DNA of 64,000 nt from Obrimoposthia wandeli (taxonomy: Eukaryota): NCBI GenBank assembly GCA_977020255.1, contig CDROCS010005781.1, forward strand, positions 62,001 through 126,000, in the 5' to 3' direction. Positions within the stretch are counted from its first letter, which is position 1, and each line of letters begins with the position of its first letter. The translations under genes were made by a program, and so were the position numbers. The notes beneath the pieces are model-generated. The model did no database searches, was not told the origin of the DNA, and was given only the letters and a program-made list of their open reading frames with translations. This document shows positions 38,010 to 46,566 of the stretch, one piece after another.

Positions 38010-38408
38010 ATGAAAGGTAGTTGTCTCTGCGGCGAAATAGAATATGAAGTTAGTGAACTAGATTCACCGATTCAGCATTGTTCTTGTAATACGTGCAGAA
38101 AAGCACATGCTGCGGCGTTCAATACGGCATCAGGAGTTCAAAGTAGCAATTTCCGATGGTTAAAAGGAGAATCGCTGCTTTCTAAATTTGAATCGTCGCC
38201 GGGAAAAATAAGGTATTTTTGTTCAAAGTGTGGAACTCATTTGATTAAAGAAAAGAAGGGAAGTTCAGTTCTAGTCTTGAGGGTGGCAACTCTTGATGAA
38301 GATCCTGGTAAAATACCGGAGTTCAGAATTTGGTCTTCACATGAAGTTCCTTGGTTAAACTACACCTCAGCAATACCTACTTACGATGAGTGGGAACCTG
38401 GGAGATGA
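38010..38408 (+). CDS. Cassette 5: GFA/CENP-V family protein
   Basis: MKGSCLCGEI, HCSCNTCRK, RYFCSKCGT. Confidence 0.92.
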   Translation: MKGSCLCGEIEYEVSELDSPIQHCSCNTCRKAHAAAFNTASGVQSSNFRWLKGESLLSKFESSPGKIRYFCSKCGTHLIKEKKGSSVLVLRVATLDEDPGKIPEFRIWSSHEVPWLNYTSAIPTYDEWEPGR

Positions 38409-38412
38409 AATC

Positions 38413-38502
38413 ACATAATAAGGCCAAGCAACATCAACCACTTCGTGGTTTGGACAGCCTGGACGCGCAAAAAGCCGAGCGCCCATTATTTTAGCGTTAG
38501 CA
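38413..38502 (+). repeat. attC site 5 (90 bp)
   Basis: ACATAAT (one mismatch to the complement of GTTATGT)...AACCACTTCGTGGTT...AGCGTTAGCA. Confidence 0.82.
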
Positions 38503-38510
38503 GAATAGAT

Positions 38511-38867
38511 ATGAATGGAAAAATAGGTCCACACAGAGGAATTGAATTTATTCTTTTTGATAGAGGAGAAAAACATGTAGCCTACTTTGATTGGGACTCA
38601 TGGCCTGAAGAAAATTTCCCAGCAGTAGAGTTGGTTCGAGCCAATACGTTAAAATTTAGACAGCCTGAAAGTGAAAGCGAATCATACATATTTTATCGAA
38701 GCGGATACTTCGCTGAGGCAGAGGAGCTACGAGATATAATTCTTTCAGGATTTACTGTTCATGATGATGATTTCGAAACCAAAGAGTATCGTATTGGAGA
38801 AATACTTGGCTATACCAAAGAAGATGTTTCGTTATATATTAGTACCTTTAAAGCTAGATGCTGCTAA
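38511..38867 (+). CDS. Cassette 6: hypothetical protein (118 aa)
   Basis: True start MNGKIGPHRG at 38511; the track's 38445 start reads through the attC. Confidence 0.8.
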   Translation: MNGKIGPHRGIEFILFDRGEKHVAYFDWDSWPEENFPAVELVRANTLKFRQPESESESYIFYRSGYFAEAEELRDIILSGFTVHDDDFETKEYRIGEILGYTKEDVSLYISTFKARCC

Positions 38868-38928
38868 CAAAACATTCGTGATCGCCCCTGCGGGGCTGTG
38901 ATCTTGCCCCACAATATTGGCGTTAGCA
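38862..38928 (+). repeat. attC site 6 (67 bp)
   Basis: TGCTAAC...GCCCCTGCGGGGC...GGCGTTAGCA. Confidence 0.88.
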
Positions 38929-38938
38929 CTTTTAAATT

Positions 38939-39346
38939 ATGGATATTGAAAAGTTATTGAAAAAAAGACAGCTGAATGTTCAAGAACAGAACATTCTTAC
39001 TAAGCATAGAATTTTTAAAGATGCCTCTTTCTGGCGAAACAATGGAATTCCTAAAGCTCTAAACTCTATTTTCCGAGGACATGGTATAAATACTTCAAAG
39101 TGTATTCTCATTGATTATGAGCAAGACTTCCCTGGAATTAGTACCGATGAAGGATCAGTTCTAACTGAAGATGGGAAGTTTTATGAGTTCGAGGCTGATC
39201 TTAATCTTGAAAGAGATAAAACTATTGAGCTTTATAGATTTGAAGAGATTACGGACACTATCGAAATAAATAAACATAAGCTTGGTACTGGCGCTACTGA
39301 AGGTTTTTTGGCATTAGAAGTTCTCGGTGAGTTGAATCAGTGCTAA
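38939..39346 (+). CDS. Cassette 7: hypothetical protein (135 aa)
   Basis: Flanked by attC sites, with the stop inside TGCTAAC. Confidence 0.8.
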   Translation: MDIEKLLKKRQLNVQEQNILTKHRIFKDASFWRNNGIPKALNSIFRGHGINTSKCILIDYEQDFPGISTDEGSVLTEDGKFYEFEADLNLERDKTIELYRFEEITDTIEINKHKLGTGATEGFLALEVLGELNQC

Positions 39347-39428
39347 CAATCAGTTGGTGGTTCAGCCCCCCTAAAGCTTGACGCTTTCAGGACGTAAGCA
39401 GATGCATGTCTTTAGTTAAACGTTATGC
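39341..39428 (+). repeat. attC site 7 (88 bp), poorly paired
   Basis: TGCTAACAATCAGTTGGTG (left arm like sites 2 and 3)...AAACGTTATGC. Confidence 0.72.
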
Positions 39429-39451
39429 ACTAACTGGGTTGAGAGATATTA

Positions 39452-39871
39452 TTGAATATTGAACATTTATTTGAAGAGGCTGTCGATGAAGATGACAGTG
39501 AGAAACTTGAGCATTTTCTTGAGGCGCTAATGGATTCGTGGGTCTATTTTTTTCTGCATGAAACTTCTGGGAAAAAGACACCTATAAGTTCAGAAAGAGT
39601 CGTGCATATTATTAGTGTTAGCAAGCAGAATCCCATTAACCTTTTTACAATTAATAATGAAATGGGACATAATGGCGTCATTTACACTGATGGCGATTTG
39701 GCGGTAAGTCTAGCTGAGTTTGATTGTAAAGTTGGGAAAATGAAGGGGCGTAACGCTTTTAAAATGTTTCTAGGAATTCAAAATGTTGATGGTGTTTATG
39801 TTCAAGCAAGCTCTTGTAATGTGCACATACCTAAAAACGAAATTAATCGTTTGCTTTCCAGTTATGCATAA
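39452..39871 (+). CDS. Cassette 8: SseB-like hypothetical protein (139 aa)
   Basis: TTG start. The pattern FLEALMDSWVYF...VIYTD resembles SseB N-terminal domains (recognition only). Confidence 0.65.
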   Translation: MNIEHLFEEAVDEDDSEKLEHFLEALMDSWVYFFLHETSGKKTPISSERVVHIISVSKQNPINLFTINNEMGHNGVIYTDGDLAVSLAEFDCKVGKMKGRNAFKMFLGIQNVDGVYVQASSCNVHIPKNEINRLLSSYA

Positions 39872-39963
39872 CAAAAGTAGGTAAACGACAAGTTTTACGT
39901 CGCTCCGTTTGTGTAATGGCTTCGCCCATTTTACACAAAGCTGTCTTTATCAAGGTGTGGGAA
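39866..39963 (+). repeat. attC site 8, degenerate right core
   Basis: GCATAAC complements GTTATGC. Inner stem TTTGTGTAA...TTACACAAA. The right end reads CAAGGTGTGGG instead of CAAGGCGTTA. Confidence 0.65.
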
Positions 39964-40160
39964 ATGGATTTCAAAATAGAAGCAACAAACTGTATACCAT
40001 TCTATATAATGACTATATGGGGTTTGGGTATCTAGTATAAATTGCAGTTATCTTTGGTATTTTGATTGATATGTCTTTTAATCAGGCCAAACTTACTACA
40101 CGGACTATCAATGGGGTTACTAATGTTGCAGGTTCTGGATTCCTTGTTAACGGCATTTAA
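39964..40160 (+). pseudogene. Frameshifted, truncated remnant of a ninth cassette ORF (membrane protein)
   Basis: MDFKIEATNCIPFYIMTIWG, then in a shifted frame VWVSSIIAVIFGILIDMSF. Confidence 0.45.
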
Positions 40161-40232
40161 TCTTAAGCATGAAATAATCCAAAGATTAGATGTCGGTGAA
40201 ATTAAAAGTTATTAATAAGGATGGTATAGAAC

Positions 40233-40892
40233 ATGGATATGAATTTAATCGGGATTTTTCTAACGGTCGCTCTGGCTCACTTCTTGGCGCTTCTTAGCCC
40301 GGGGCCAGATTTCGTTATTCTGGTAAAAAGTGCTATAAAAAATGAAAGGAAAAAGGCTTTGGGAGTTGCCTTCGGTATATCCATTGCCAATGCATTATAC
40401 ATAGTGCTTTGCTTAATTGGAGTAGGTGCATTATTAGCAAGTTCGGTCTATATCATGATTGCTCTAAAAGTTGCGGGTGGGCTGTTTTTAATCTATTTAG
40501 CTATTCAGGCTTTACGTGCAAAGAAGAGTGATTACGCAAGTTTATCTGCTCAGATTAATAAAGATGAATTGGGGGCTACTACATTTTTCAATGAATTTGT
40601 TGTTGGCTTTATGTCGGGAATATTAAACCCTAAGAATATTTTATTCTATTTAAGTTTGTTTACTGTTGTGCTGACGAATGATGTAAGTCTTACATTTAAG
40701 ATCATGCTTGGTATCTGGATGACCTTGTTAGTTTTTATGTGGGATGCTGCAATTGTTTTTGTTTTGTCAGGAGATAAGGCACGAAGAAAGTTTACGAAAG
40801 TATCGTATTACATTGATAAAGTTACTGGTGCTATTTTAGGTTTGGCTGGTTTTGCGATTGTAAAGTCAGCACTGACTAAATCAAACGTATGA
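40233..40892 (+). CDS. LysE/RhtB family translocator
   Basis: LLSPGPDFVIL, GILNPKNILFYLSLF. Confidence 0.92.
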   Translation: MDMNLIGIFLTVALAHFLALLSPGPDFVILVKSAIKNERKKALGVAFGISIANALYIVLCLIGVGALLASSVYIMIALKVAGGLFLIYLAIQALRAKKSDYASLSAQINKDELGATTFFNEFVVGFMSGILNPKNILFYLSLFTVVLTNDVSLTFKIMLGIWMTLLVFMWDAAIVFVLSGDKARRKFTKVSYYIDKVTGAILGLAGFAIVKSALTKSNV

Positions 40893-41003
40893 ATTATAAA
40901 AGGTTGTAGGGTGTTGATTTAATCACTTTTAATTCTACCGATGGAATATAATAATGACACTCCGCATTGCTCTCAAGCCATTTTTTGGATTAATAAATAC
41001 ACG

Positions 41004-41927
41004 ATGAACAGCATAGATTACCACAAAATATTTCTCGAAATTACAGCCGAGCTTAAAGGTGTTGATGATCTTGGTGAGGTTGCTAGTTATATTCCAGAAT
41101 TAGGTAAGGTGAATCCAGACAAGCTGGGTATTCATCTTACGACTGTTGATATGCAAGAGTATTCATTCGGTGACTCAAATGAAAAGTTTTCAATTCAAAG
41201 TATCGCAAAAGTATTGTCTCTGACCTTAGCTCTGAAAATTATGGGTAGAGAGATGTGGAATCGAGTAGGGGTTGAACCATCAGGTTCTGCTTTTAACTCG
41301 TTAGTGCAGTTAGAATATGAAAAAGGTATTCCTCGCAATCCCTTTATCAATGCCGGTGCGATTGTTGTTTGTGATATTTTGGTTTCTTGTTTGAAAGATC
41401 CAAAGGTGGAGTTGCTTGAGTTTATTCGAAAGACATCGGGTATTGATAGCATCGATTATTGTTCTGATGTAGCCGATTCAGAGAAAAAAACGGGCTATAG
41501 GAATTATGCACTGACTTACTTTATGAAGAGTTTTGGCAATATTCATAATGACGTCGAATCGGTTCTCGATTTATATTTCCACTTATGTTCAATAGAAATG
41601 ACCTGTAAAGAACTCACGCAAACATTTTTATTTCTTGCTTTTGGGGGTGTAAATCCTATAACCAATGAGCGGGTTATTAGCCAGGAGCGATCAAAGAGAA
41701 TAAATTCGGTGATGCAGATGTGCGGTTTTTATGATGAAGCGGGGGAGTTCGCTTTTAAAACCGGGTTGCCCGGTAAGAGTGGTGTGGGTGGTGGGATTGT
41801 TGCTATTCATCCTGGACAATTCTGTATTGCAGTTTGGAGTCCTAAGCTTAATGTTAGCGGTAACTCTTACAAGGGTATGAAGGTGCTTGAAACTCTTACT
41901 AGTAAAACTCAGTCTTCTATATTTTGA
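41004..41927 (+). CDS. glsA: Glutaminase
   Basis: GEVASYIPEL, FSIQSIAK, VGVEPSG, PRNPFINAGAI, GLPGKSGVGGG. Probable start 41004. Confidence 0.93.
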   Translation: MNSIDYHKIFLEITAELKGVDDLGEVASYIPELGKVNPDKLGIHLTTVDMQEYSFGDSNEKFSIQSIAKVLSLTLALKIMGREMWNRVGVEPSGSAFNSLVQLEYEKGIPRNPFINAGAIVVCDILVSCLKDPKVELLEFIRKTSGIDSIDYCSDVADSEKKTGYRNYALTYFMKSFGNIHNDVESVLDLYFHLCSIEMTCKELTQTFLFLAFGGVNPITNERVISQERSKRINSVMQMCGFYDEAGEFAFKTGLPGKSGVGGGIVAIHPGQFCIAVWSPKLNVSGNSYKGMKVLETLTSKTQSSIF

Positions 41928-41931
41928 TTGG

Positions 41932-41967
41932 GTGCTCGCTTCAGCGATTATTAATCCGGCGTTAGCT
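41932..41967 (+). repeat. Right-half attC remnant
   Basis: GCTCGCTTC...TTATTAATCCGGCGTTAGCT directly after the glutaminase stop, with no left arm. Confidence 0.55.
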
Positions 41968-42243
41968 AGGCATTCCTGTTTTTATGGCTAGTTTCTACGA
42001 TTAATTACTGATTTTTTAATTATTTTCTTTTAGAGAAAATTAAAGTGGTGCAGCGCTCGCTTCGCCTGATCTTCAGTTTAAATAGATATTTAGCTACGAA
42101 TAATGGCTGATATTTTAAGTCTTTTTCTTTCACTTTATTGCTAGAACTAGGGTTTCACCTTTTTGACAGCCGTTAAAAGAATATCTAAAATCTGCGCGCT
42201 GACTTTTCAAGTCAAAAAATTCATTTACCCAAGGAAGGTTGTT

Positions 42244-44493
42244 ATGTCATTACGATTTATAAGGTCCGGTGTCATTGCTATTATAGCATTGGCGCTATCA
42301 GGTTGTTTCAACGTCGAGCTAACGGCTCCCGATTCTGTAGAACAAAATACAGTATTTGCCATGACGGCTACTCCCGAAGATAATAATGGCGATGTTAGTT
42401 ATCAGTGGTCATTAAATGATGGCGTTATTTCTGAAGATGAAACTCATCACACCATGCTTCCAGTTTTAGGTGAATATACCCTAACGGTTGTTGCAACGGA
42501 TGAAAAAGGCAATGAGGATACGCAAAGTAAAACCATTTCTGTAGTAGCACAAGCCTCTCTTAACCCTGACTTCTCATTTGGTATAAATGTATCTGATAAA
42601 GCAGGGTATGCGTTGCCTGAAACTCCGGTCACGATCAACGGTACAACCGTTATGACTGATCAATATGGACTTGCCCAGTTTGATGGAATTTCTCAAACAT
42701 CACTTATGTTAGTCAGTGCTAGCAAAGAAGGGTATTTGACTCAAACTTATCAATACAGTTTCGATGCCATGCAAGAAAGTGCAATGGCTAGTTTAACGCT
42801 TCAAAATATTAACCCTGTTAGCCACATTATTGATAGCACAGAAGCTGTTGATATTACTGAGACTGAGCTGCATTCAAAATTAATTTTAGCGCCTAATAGC
42901 TTTGTTGATGCTAATGGTAATGCGGTAACGGGTGATGTAGAAATTACGATTACGCCTATTGATATTCGTGCTGTTGATAATGCGTTTTTAGGCGGCGGTC
43001 AAGCGCTAACAGATTCTGGTGAAGCGGTTGCATTAATATCTACGGGTATGGCTGATTATCAGTTTTCACAAAACGGCTCTGCTGTTTCTTTAGCAGAAGG
43101 TGTTAGTGCAACAATTGAAATGGACCTTGCCGTTGCTATTGGTGATGACGGACGTGTTTTTGCTGAAGGTGATACCATTGAAATGTGGTGGTTTGATGTT
43201 AAAACAGGTTTTTGGATTGAAGATGGCGTAGGAACAGTTCAACTATCTGATACAAGTGAAACTGGTTTGAAGCTTGTCGCAACCGTTAAGCACTTTACCA
43301 CGTGGAATTGGGATTATTATAAGCAAGATGATCGCTCAAGTATTACCTTTAATTGCCTTAAAGATGGTCAACCTTTAGCAACGAATGACAGCTGCCGAAT
43401 TACGGCTTCTAGTACTTCGATCAGTCGTGAGTTTCTTGCGAGTAGTGAAGGTGTTACCGCAATCAATACGCCTCCTAATGTGGCTTATTTAGTTGCTGCA
43501 AGTTCAACAGCTGGAAGTTCTTTTTGGACGGGGACTGCAATATTAACCACAGTGCCAGGAGAGAATACTGTTTCAGTTAATATGATCTCAACAACCACTC
43601 ACACCGGTTACATTCAATGTCGAGTAATTAATAATGCAGTGACTAGCATTGTGCCATGTGACACCGTTATTACTGACACATCTATTGGGTCTCAGAATAT
43701 TGATACCACAGAGTTCAAAAACTATCGGGCCAGCTTTACTTATGTTAATGGGGAAGTATTGAATATTTCTGCAACAACGGATAGTGGACTAAATAAAACA
43801 ACTCTCTTTGATACAAGCGGCATAAATGGAACGTTGGATATTGAAGTTATATTTGATATTAAATACGGTTCACTACAATGTTCAGCGACATTAGACGGTT
43901 CTGATTTGCAGTATTTTCCATGTGATGCGTTAGTGTCAGATTCTGAGGGTTCATCTTTTCCTCTCTTTGCTAACGACTTTTCAGGAACACCTCCAAAGGC
44001 CAACTTCACGTACTCTAAGAATGCACAAGAGCTATCGATTGAAGTAGCCTCTATCTTTGATGAAGCTCGTTTACGTCAAAGTTATGCTTATGAAAGAAGT
44101 TTCAACGGAAATAATAGTCGTTTTTATATTTCAGGTGAAGGTACGCTTATTACAATTGACCTAGCTCGTGAGGCTGCTATTGCTCATGCTGTTTATGATG
44201 CAAAGGCTGAGAATTTGTATACTTTTAAATGTGTTGATTTTATGGGGTCAGACATTAACTGTAATATAACGTGGTACAACTCTATGGAGGCCATTATTTT
44301 CGAAGGTAATATTAATGAGTTATCTGCTCCTGATGTATTGCCAACATGGATGAGCGGCAAAGTATCCATCGAAGCGCCTCTTGAAGGATTTGGTGATGCA
44401 AGAGATTGGGAGTTAGGCTTGTATTCAACAAATACTGAGATCGATGCTGTGAATCGAGTCATTACATTTACTTTAGAAAACATACCTATGTAA
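42244..44493 (+). CDS. Large lipoprotein with PKD-like and carboxypeptidase-regulatory-like beta-sandwich domains (about 749 aa)
   Basis: Start MSLRFIRS at 42244, lipobox LSG-C, SYQWSL...GEYTLTVVATD, MWWFD..TGFWIEDG, HFTTWNWD. Confidence 0.8.
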   Translation: MSLRFIRSGVIAIIALALSGCFNVELTAPDSVEQNTVFAMTATPEDNNGDVSYQWSLNDGVISEDETHHTMLPVLGEYTLTVVATDEKGNEDTQSKTISVVAQASLNPDFSFGINVSDKAGYALPETPVTINGTTVMTDQYGLAQFDGISQTSLMLVSASKEGYLTQTYQYSFDAMQESAMASLTLQNINPVSHIIDSTEAVDITETELHSKLILAPNSFVDANGNAVTGDVEITITPIDIRAVDNAFLGGGQALTDSGEAVALISTGMADYQFSQNGSAVSLAEGVSATIEMDLAVAIGDDGRVFAEGDTIEMWWFDVKTGFWIEDGVGTVQLSDTSETGLKLVATVKHFTTWNWDYYKQDDRSSITFNCLKDGQPLATNDSCRITASSTSISREFLASSEGVTAINTPPNVAYLVAASSTAGSSFWTGTAILTTVPGENTVSVNMISTTTHTGYIQCRVINNAVTSIVPCDTVITDTSIGSQNIDTTEFKNYRASFTYVNGEVLNISATTDSGLNKTTLFDTSGINGTLDIEVIFDIKYGSLQCSATLDGSDLQYFPCDALVSDSEGSSFPLFANDFSGTPPKANFTYSKNAQELSIEVASIFDEARLRQSYAYERSFNGNNSRFYISGEGTLITIDLAREAAIAHAVYDAKAENLYTFKCVDFMGSDINCNITWYNSMEAIIFEGNINELSAPDVLPTWMSGKVSIEAPLEGFGDARDWELGLYSTNTEIDAVNRVITFTLENIPM

Positions 44494-44505
44494 GTAGGTC
44501 TCTAA

Positions 44506-44540
44506 AATATAAAGGCTGATTCATCATCAGCCTTTATATT
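44506..44540. terminator. Intrinsic terminator
   Basis: AATATAAAGGCTGAT-5 nt-ATCAGCCTTTATATT. Confidence 0.8.
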
Positions 44541-44802
44541 CCTCCGCTCCTCCTCGTAAAATTTAGCATCAACTACATCACTACCCATAAACTAGATTTA
44601 ACTTTATCCCCAGCTTAACAGCGCTTAACTCGATCCTCCATTTCTGAAAATAATAAATCTGCTATTGTATTGGTTTATTTCAAAATTCAGAGCGCGATAT
44701 CCATAAAATAGCCTTGATTGTTAAAGATACTTATTGTCGTTAAGATTCAAGTAAATCTGTGTATCTTATTGTGAAATCGCTATTAGCCCTTATCGAGAAA
44801 AT

Positions 44803-45171
44803 ATGAATATAAAGCAATTTTCAGAACTTGTAGATGTTTCGGCGTATACCATTCGCTATTACGAAAAGATTGGTTTATTAAAAAATATAATTCGAAATTC
44901 GAGTGGTCATCGTGACTTCACTGAAAAAGATGTTGAGTGGATTTCGTTTGTTAAAAGACTGAAAGATACTGGCATGCCTCTTGAAACTATTGCTGCTTAT
45001 GCTGATTTAAGGCATCAAGGTCAAAGTACTAGTGGATGTCGGATGAATCTACTTGAGGAGCATACTAAGCTGCTCAAAGATAAAATTGATATAGAAATGC
45101 TTCACCTTAAAAAATTAGAAGAAAAGATTAAGTATTATAAAAAAGTGATTGAAGACGAAATTGTTACTTGA
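44803..45171 (+). CDS. MerR-family regulator (AdhR/NmlR-like)
   Basis: TIRYYEKIGLL...RNSSGHRDF, LKDTGMPL. Confidence 0.92.
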   Translation: MNIKQFSELVDVSAYTIRYYEKIGLLKNIIRNSSGHRDFTEKDVEWISFVKRLKDTGMPLETIAAYADLRHQGQSTSGCRMNLLEEHTKLLKDKIDIEMLHLKKLEEKIKYYKKVIEDEIVT

Positions 45172-45198
45172 CTTAGAGTTAGCTCTAAGATGTAAGGT
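45168..45198 (+). promoter_or_regulatory. MerR-type promoter with 19-bp spacer and dyad operator
   Basis: -35 TTGACT (45168-73), 19-bp spacer, -10 TAAGGT (45193-98), dyad CTTAGAG-TTAG-CTCTAAG. Confidence 0.85.
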
Positions 45199-45235
45199 TG
45201 CTGAGTGAAAGTAAATAACCTTACAAGGACAGATT

Positions 45236-45622
45236 ATGAATAATAAACGTTTTGAATCCGGGCTGAATAAACTGAAAGAAATTGATGGTGAGGCTGGCCA
45301 GAAAGTTATTGAGAGCTTGGCGACTATTTCACCTGACCTCGCAAAGATGATTATTGAGTTTGGGTTTGGTGAGATTTATCAACGACCAGGGCTTGATTTA
45401 AGAGCTAGAGAGTTAGCGACTGTGGCCGCATTAACGGCTCTAGGGTGTTGTCAGCCACAGTTGCATGTTCATATTAACGGTGCTTTAAACGTTGGTTGTA
45501 AGCCGCAAGAAATCACCGAAACTATTATACAGATAGCGCTTTATGCAGGTTTTCCTGCATGCTTAAATGCGATGTTTGTTGCGAAAGAAGTTTTTATTGA
45601 ACGTAATATTATTAAGGCCTAA
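45236..45622 (+). CDS. Carboxymuconolactone decarboxylase family protein
   Basis: FGFGEIYQRPGLDLRARELATVAAL, QLHVHINGALNVG, YAGFPA. Confidence 0.92.
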   Translation: MNNKRFESGLNKLKEIDGEAGQKVIESLATISPDLAKMIIEFGFGEIYQRPGLDLRARELATVAALTALGCCQPQLHVHINGALNVGCKPQEITETIIQIALYAGFPACLNAMFVAKEVFIERNIIKA

Positions 45623-45853
45623 TAAACCGTACATAAAAAGAAAAGTGCCCTCTTATATTTGCTCTCAAGTCTATTGGTTATATCCGCAGATAAATGTGAC
45701 CAGTAGTCTTAGAATATGCTTATATAATATGAGGGTAGCAAGGCATGATACGCTTTCCCTTGAATTAACGGTGCCACGAGAATAGAAATCCCTTAAGATG
45801 GATGCTATTAGCATCTAAATTGTGTAATACACTTTGATTTCTGGATTAGTTGT

Positions 45854-46192
45854 ATGAAAAACTTATTACCTTTACAAGACGACAAAAAGCTATCGGTAAC
45901 TTATCGAGTTGAGCCTGGGTGTCTTGGGCCTGAAGGGGCGAGTCATGTTGCCAAGTTTTGTGGTTTTGCTCATGCCGAACTGCAATCACTGGACTCGGAC
46001 TATATCGTTTTGAATATTGTGCCCAGAGCAGATAAGATGCTGCCTGAGATGGAATACAGTATTGTTGGTAAAAAAATCAATTACTCTCAAGCCGAGCAGT
46101 ATTTGGAAGCCTTTGATAAAAGTCTTGATGACTTTGAAAGCCAATTGAGTGATAGGTTAGCAACCTTGATTGATGATTTTATGGGTCATTAG
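45854..46192 (+). CDS. Conserved hypothetical protein (112 aa)
   Basis: YRVEPGCLGPEG motif, normal coding pattern. Confidence 0.75.
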   Translation: MKNLLPLQDDKKLSVTYRVEPGCLGPEGASHVAKFCGFAHAELQSLDSDYIVLNIVPRADKMLPEMEYSIVGKKINYSQAEQYLEAFDKSLDDFESQLSDRLATLIDDFMGH

Positions 46193-46260
46193 TTAGTAGT
46201 TAACTCTACAAGCCAGCATCCGCATTAGTCCCCGTATTAGTACCTAGAATAGGAAGAGAT

Positions 46261-46497
46261 ATGAAAGACGCAAAGAGCACTATAATCCCGCTAGAGCCTG
46301 ATACTCAAGTAGAGCTAGATAAGGTGTTAAAAGCCGGAGGATCTGGCAAGGTGATGCTGGAAGGCAGTGATGAGGTATTCATCATTAAAAAAGCTGAGAA
46401 GGGCAGTGATTACGAATTGTCTAAAGTTCCTTCTGAGTCTTCTAGCGATAATATGCGCAGTGCGTTAGAAAAAATCAAAGAGAAGATGAAGTCATAA
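46261..46497 (+). CDS. Hypothetical protein (78 aa)
   Basis: AGGAAGAG RBS and a terminator after the stop. Confidence 0.65.
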   Translation: MKDAKSTIIPLEPDTQVELDKVLKAGGSGKVMLEGSDEVFIIKKAEKGSDYELSKVPSESSSDNMRSALEKIKEKMKS

Positions 46498-46498
46498 A

Positions 46499-46564
46499 TA
46501 AAAAATCGCTCAATACCTAGCTCAATATCTGTATTAGATATGAGTCAGGTATGAGCGTTTTTTG
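46499..46564. terminator. Long interrupted bidirectional terminator hairpin
   Basis: AAAAAA-CGCTCA-ATACCT-..-CTCA-ATATCT loop AGATAT-GAG-..-AGGTAT-GAGCG-TTTTTT. Confidence 0.75.
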
Positions 46565-46566
46565 TG

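Larger units (their letters stand above)
35703..40160 (+). mobile_element. Integron gene-cassette array lacking an integrase in this window (CALIN)
   Basis: Eight co-oriented, AT-rich short ORFs with little upstream space, each followed by an RYYYAAC...GTTRRRY imperfect palindrome. R'' cores complement the preceding R' cores. Confidence 0.9.

Noticed and set aside
38445-38510. N-terminal extension of the cassette 6 ORF in the track
   Set aside because: It runs through attC site 5; the ATG at 38511 fits cassette architecture.
36086-39963. Repeat-spacer pattern as a CRISPR array
   Set aside because: The repeats are 57-99 bp and heterogeneous, the intervening segments are whole genes, and no cas genes are present. 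The pattern fits attC sites.
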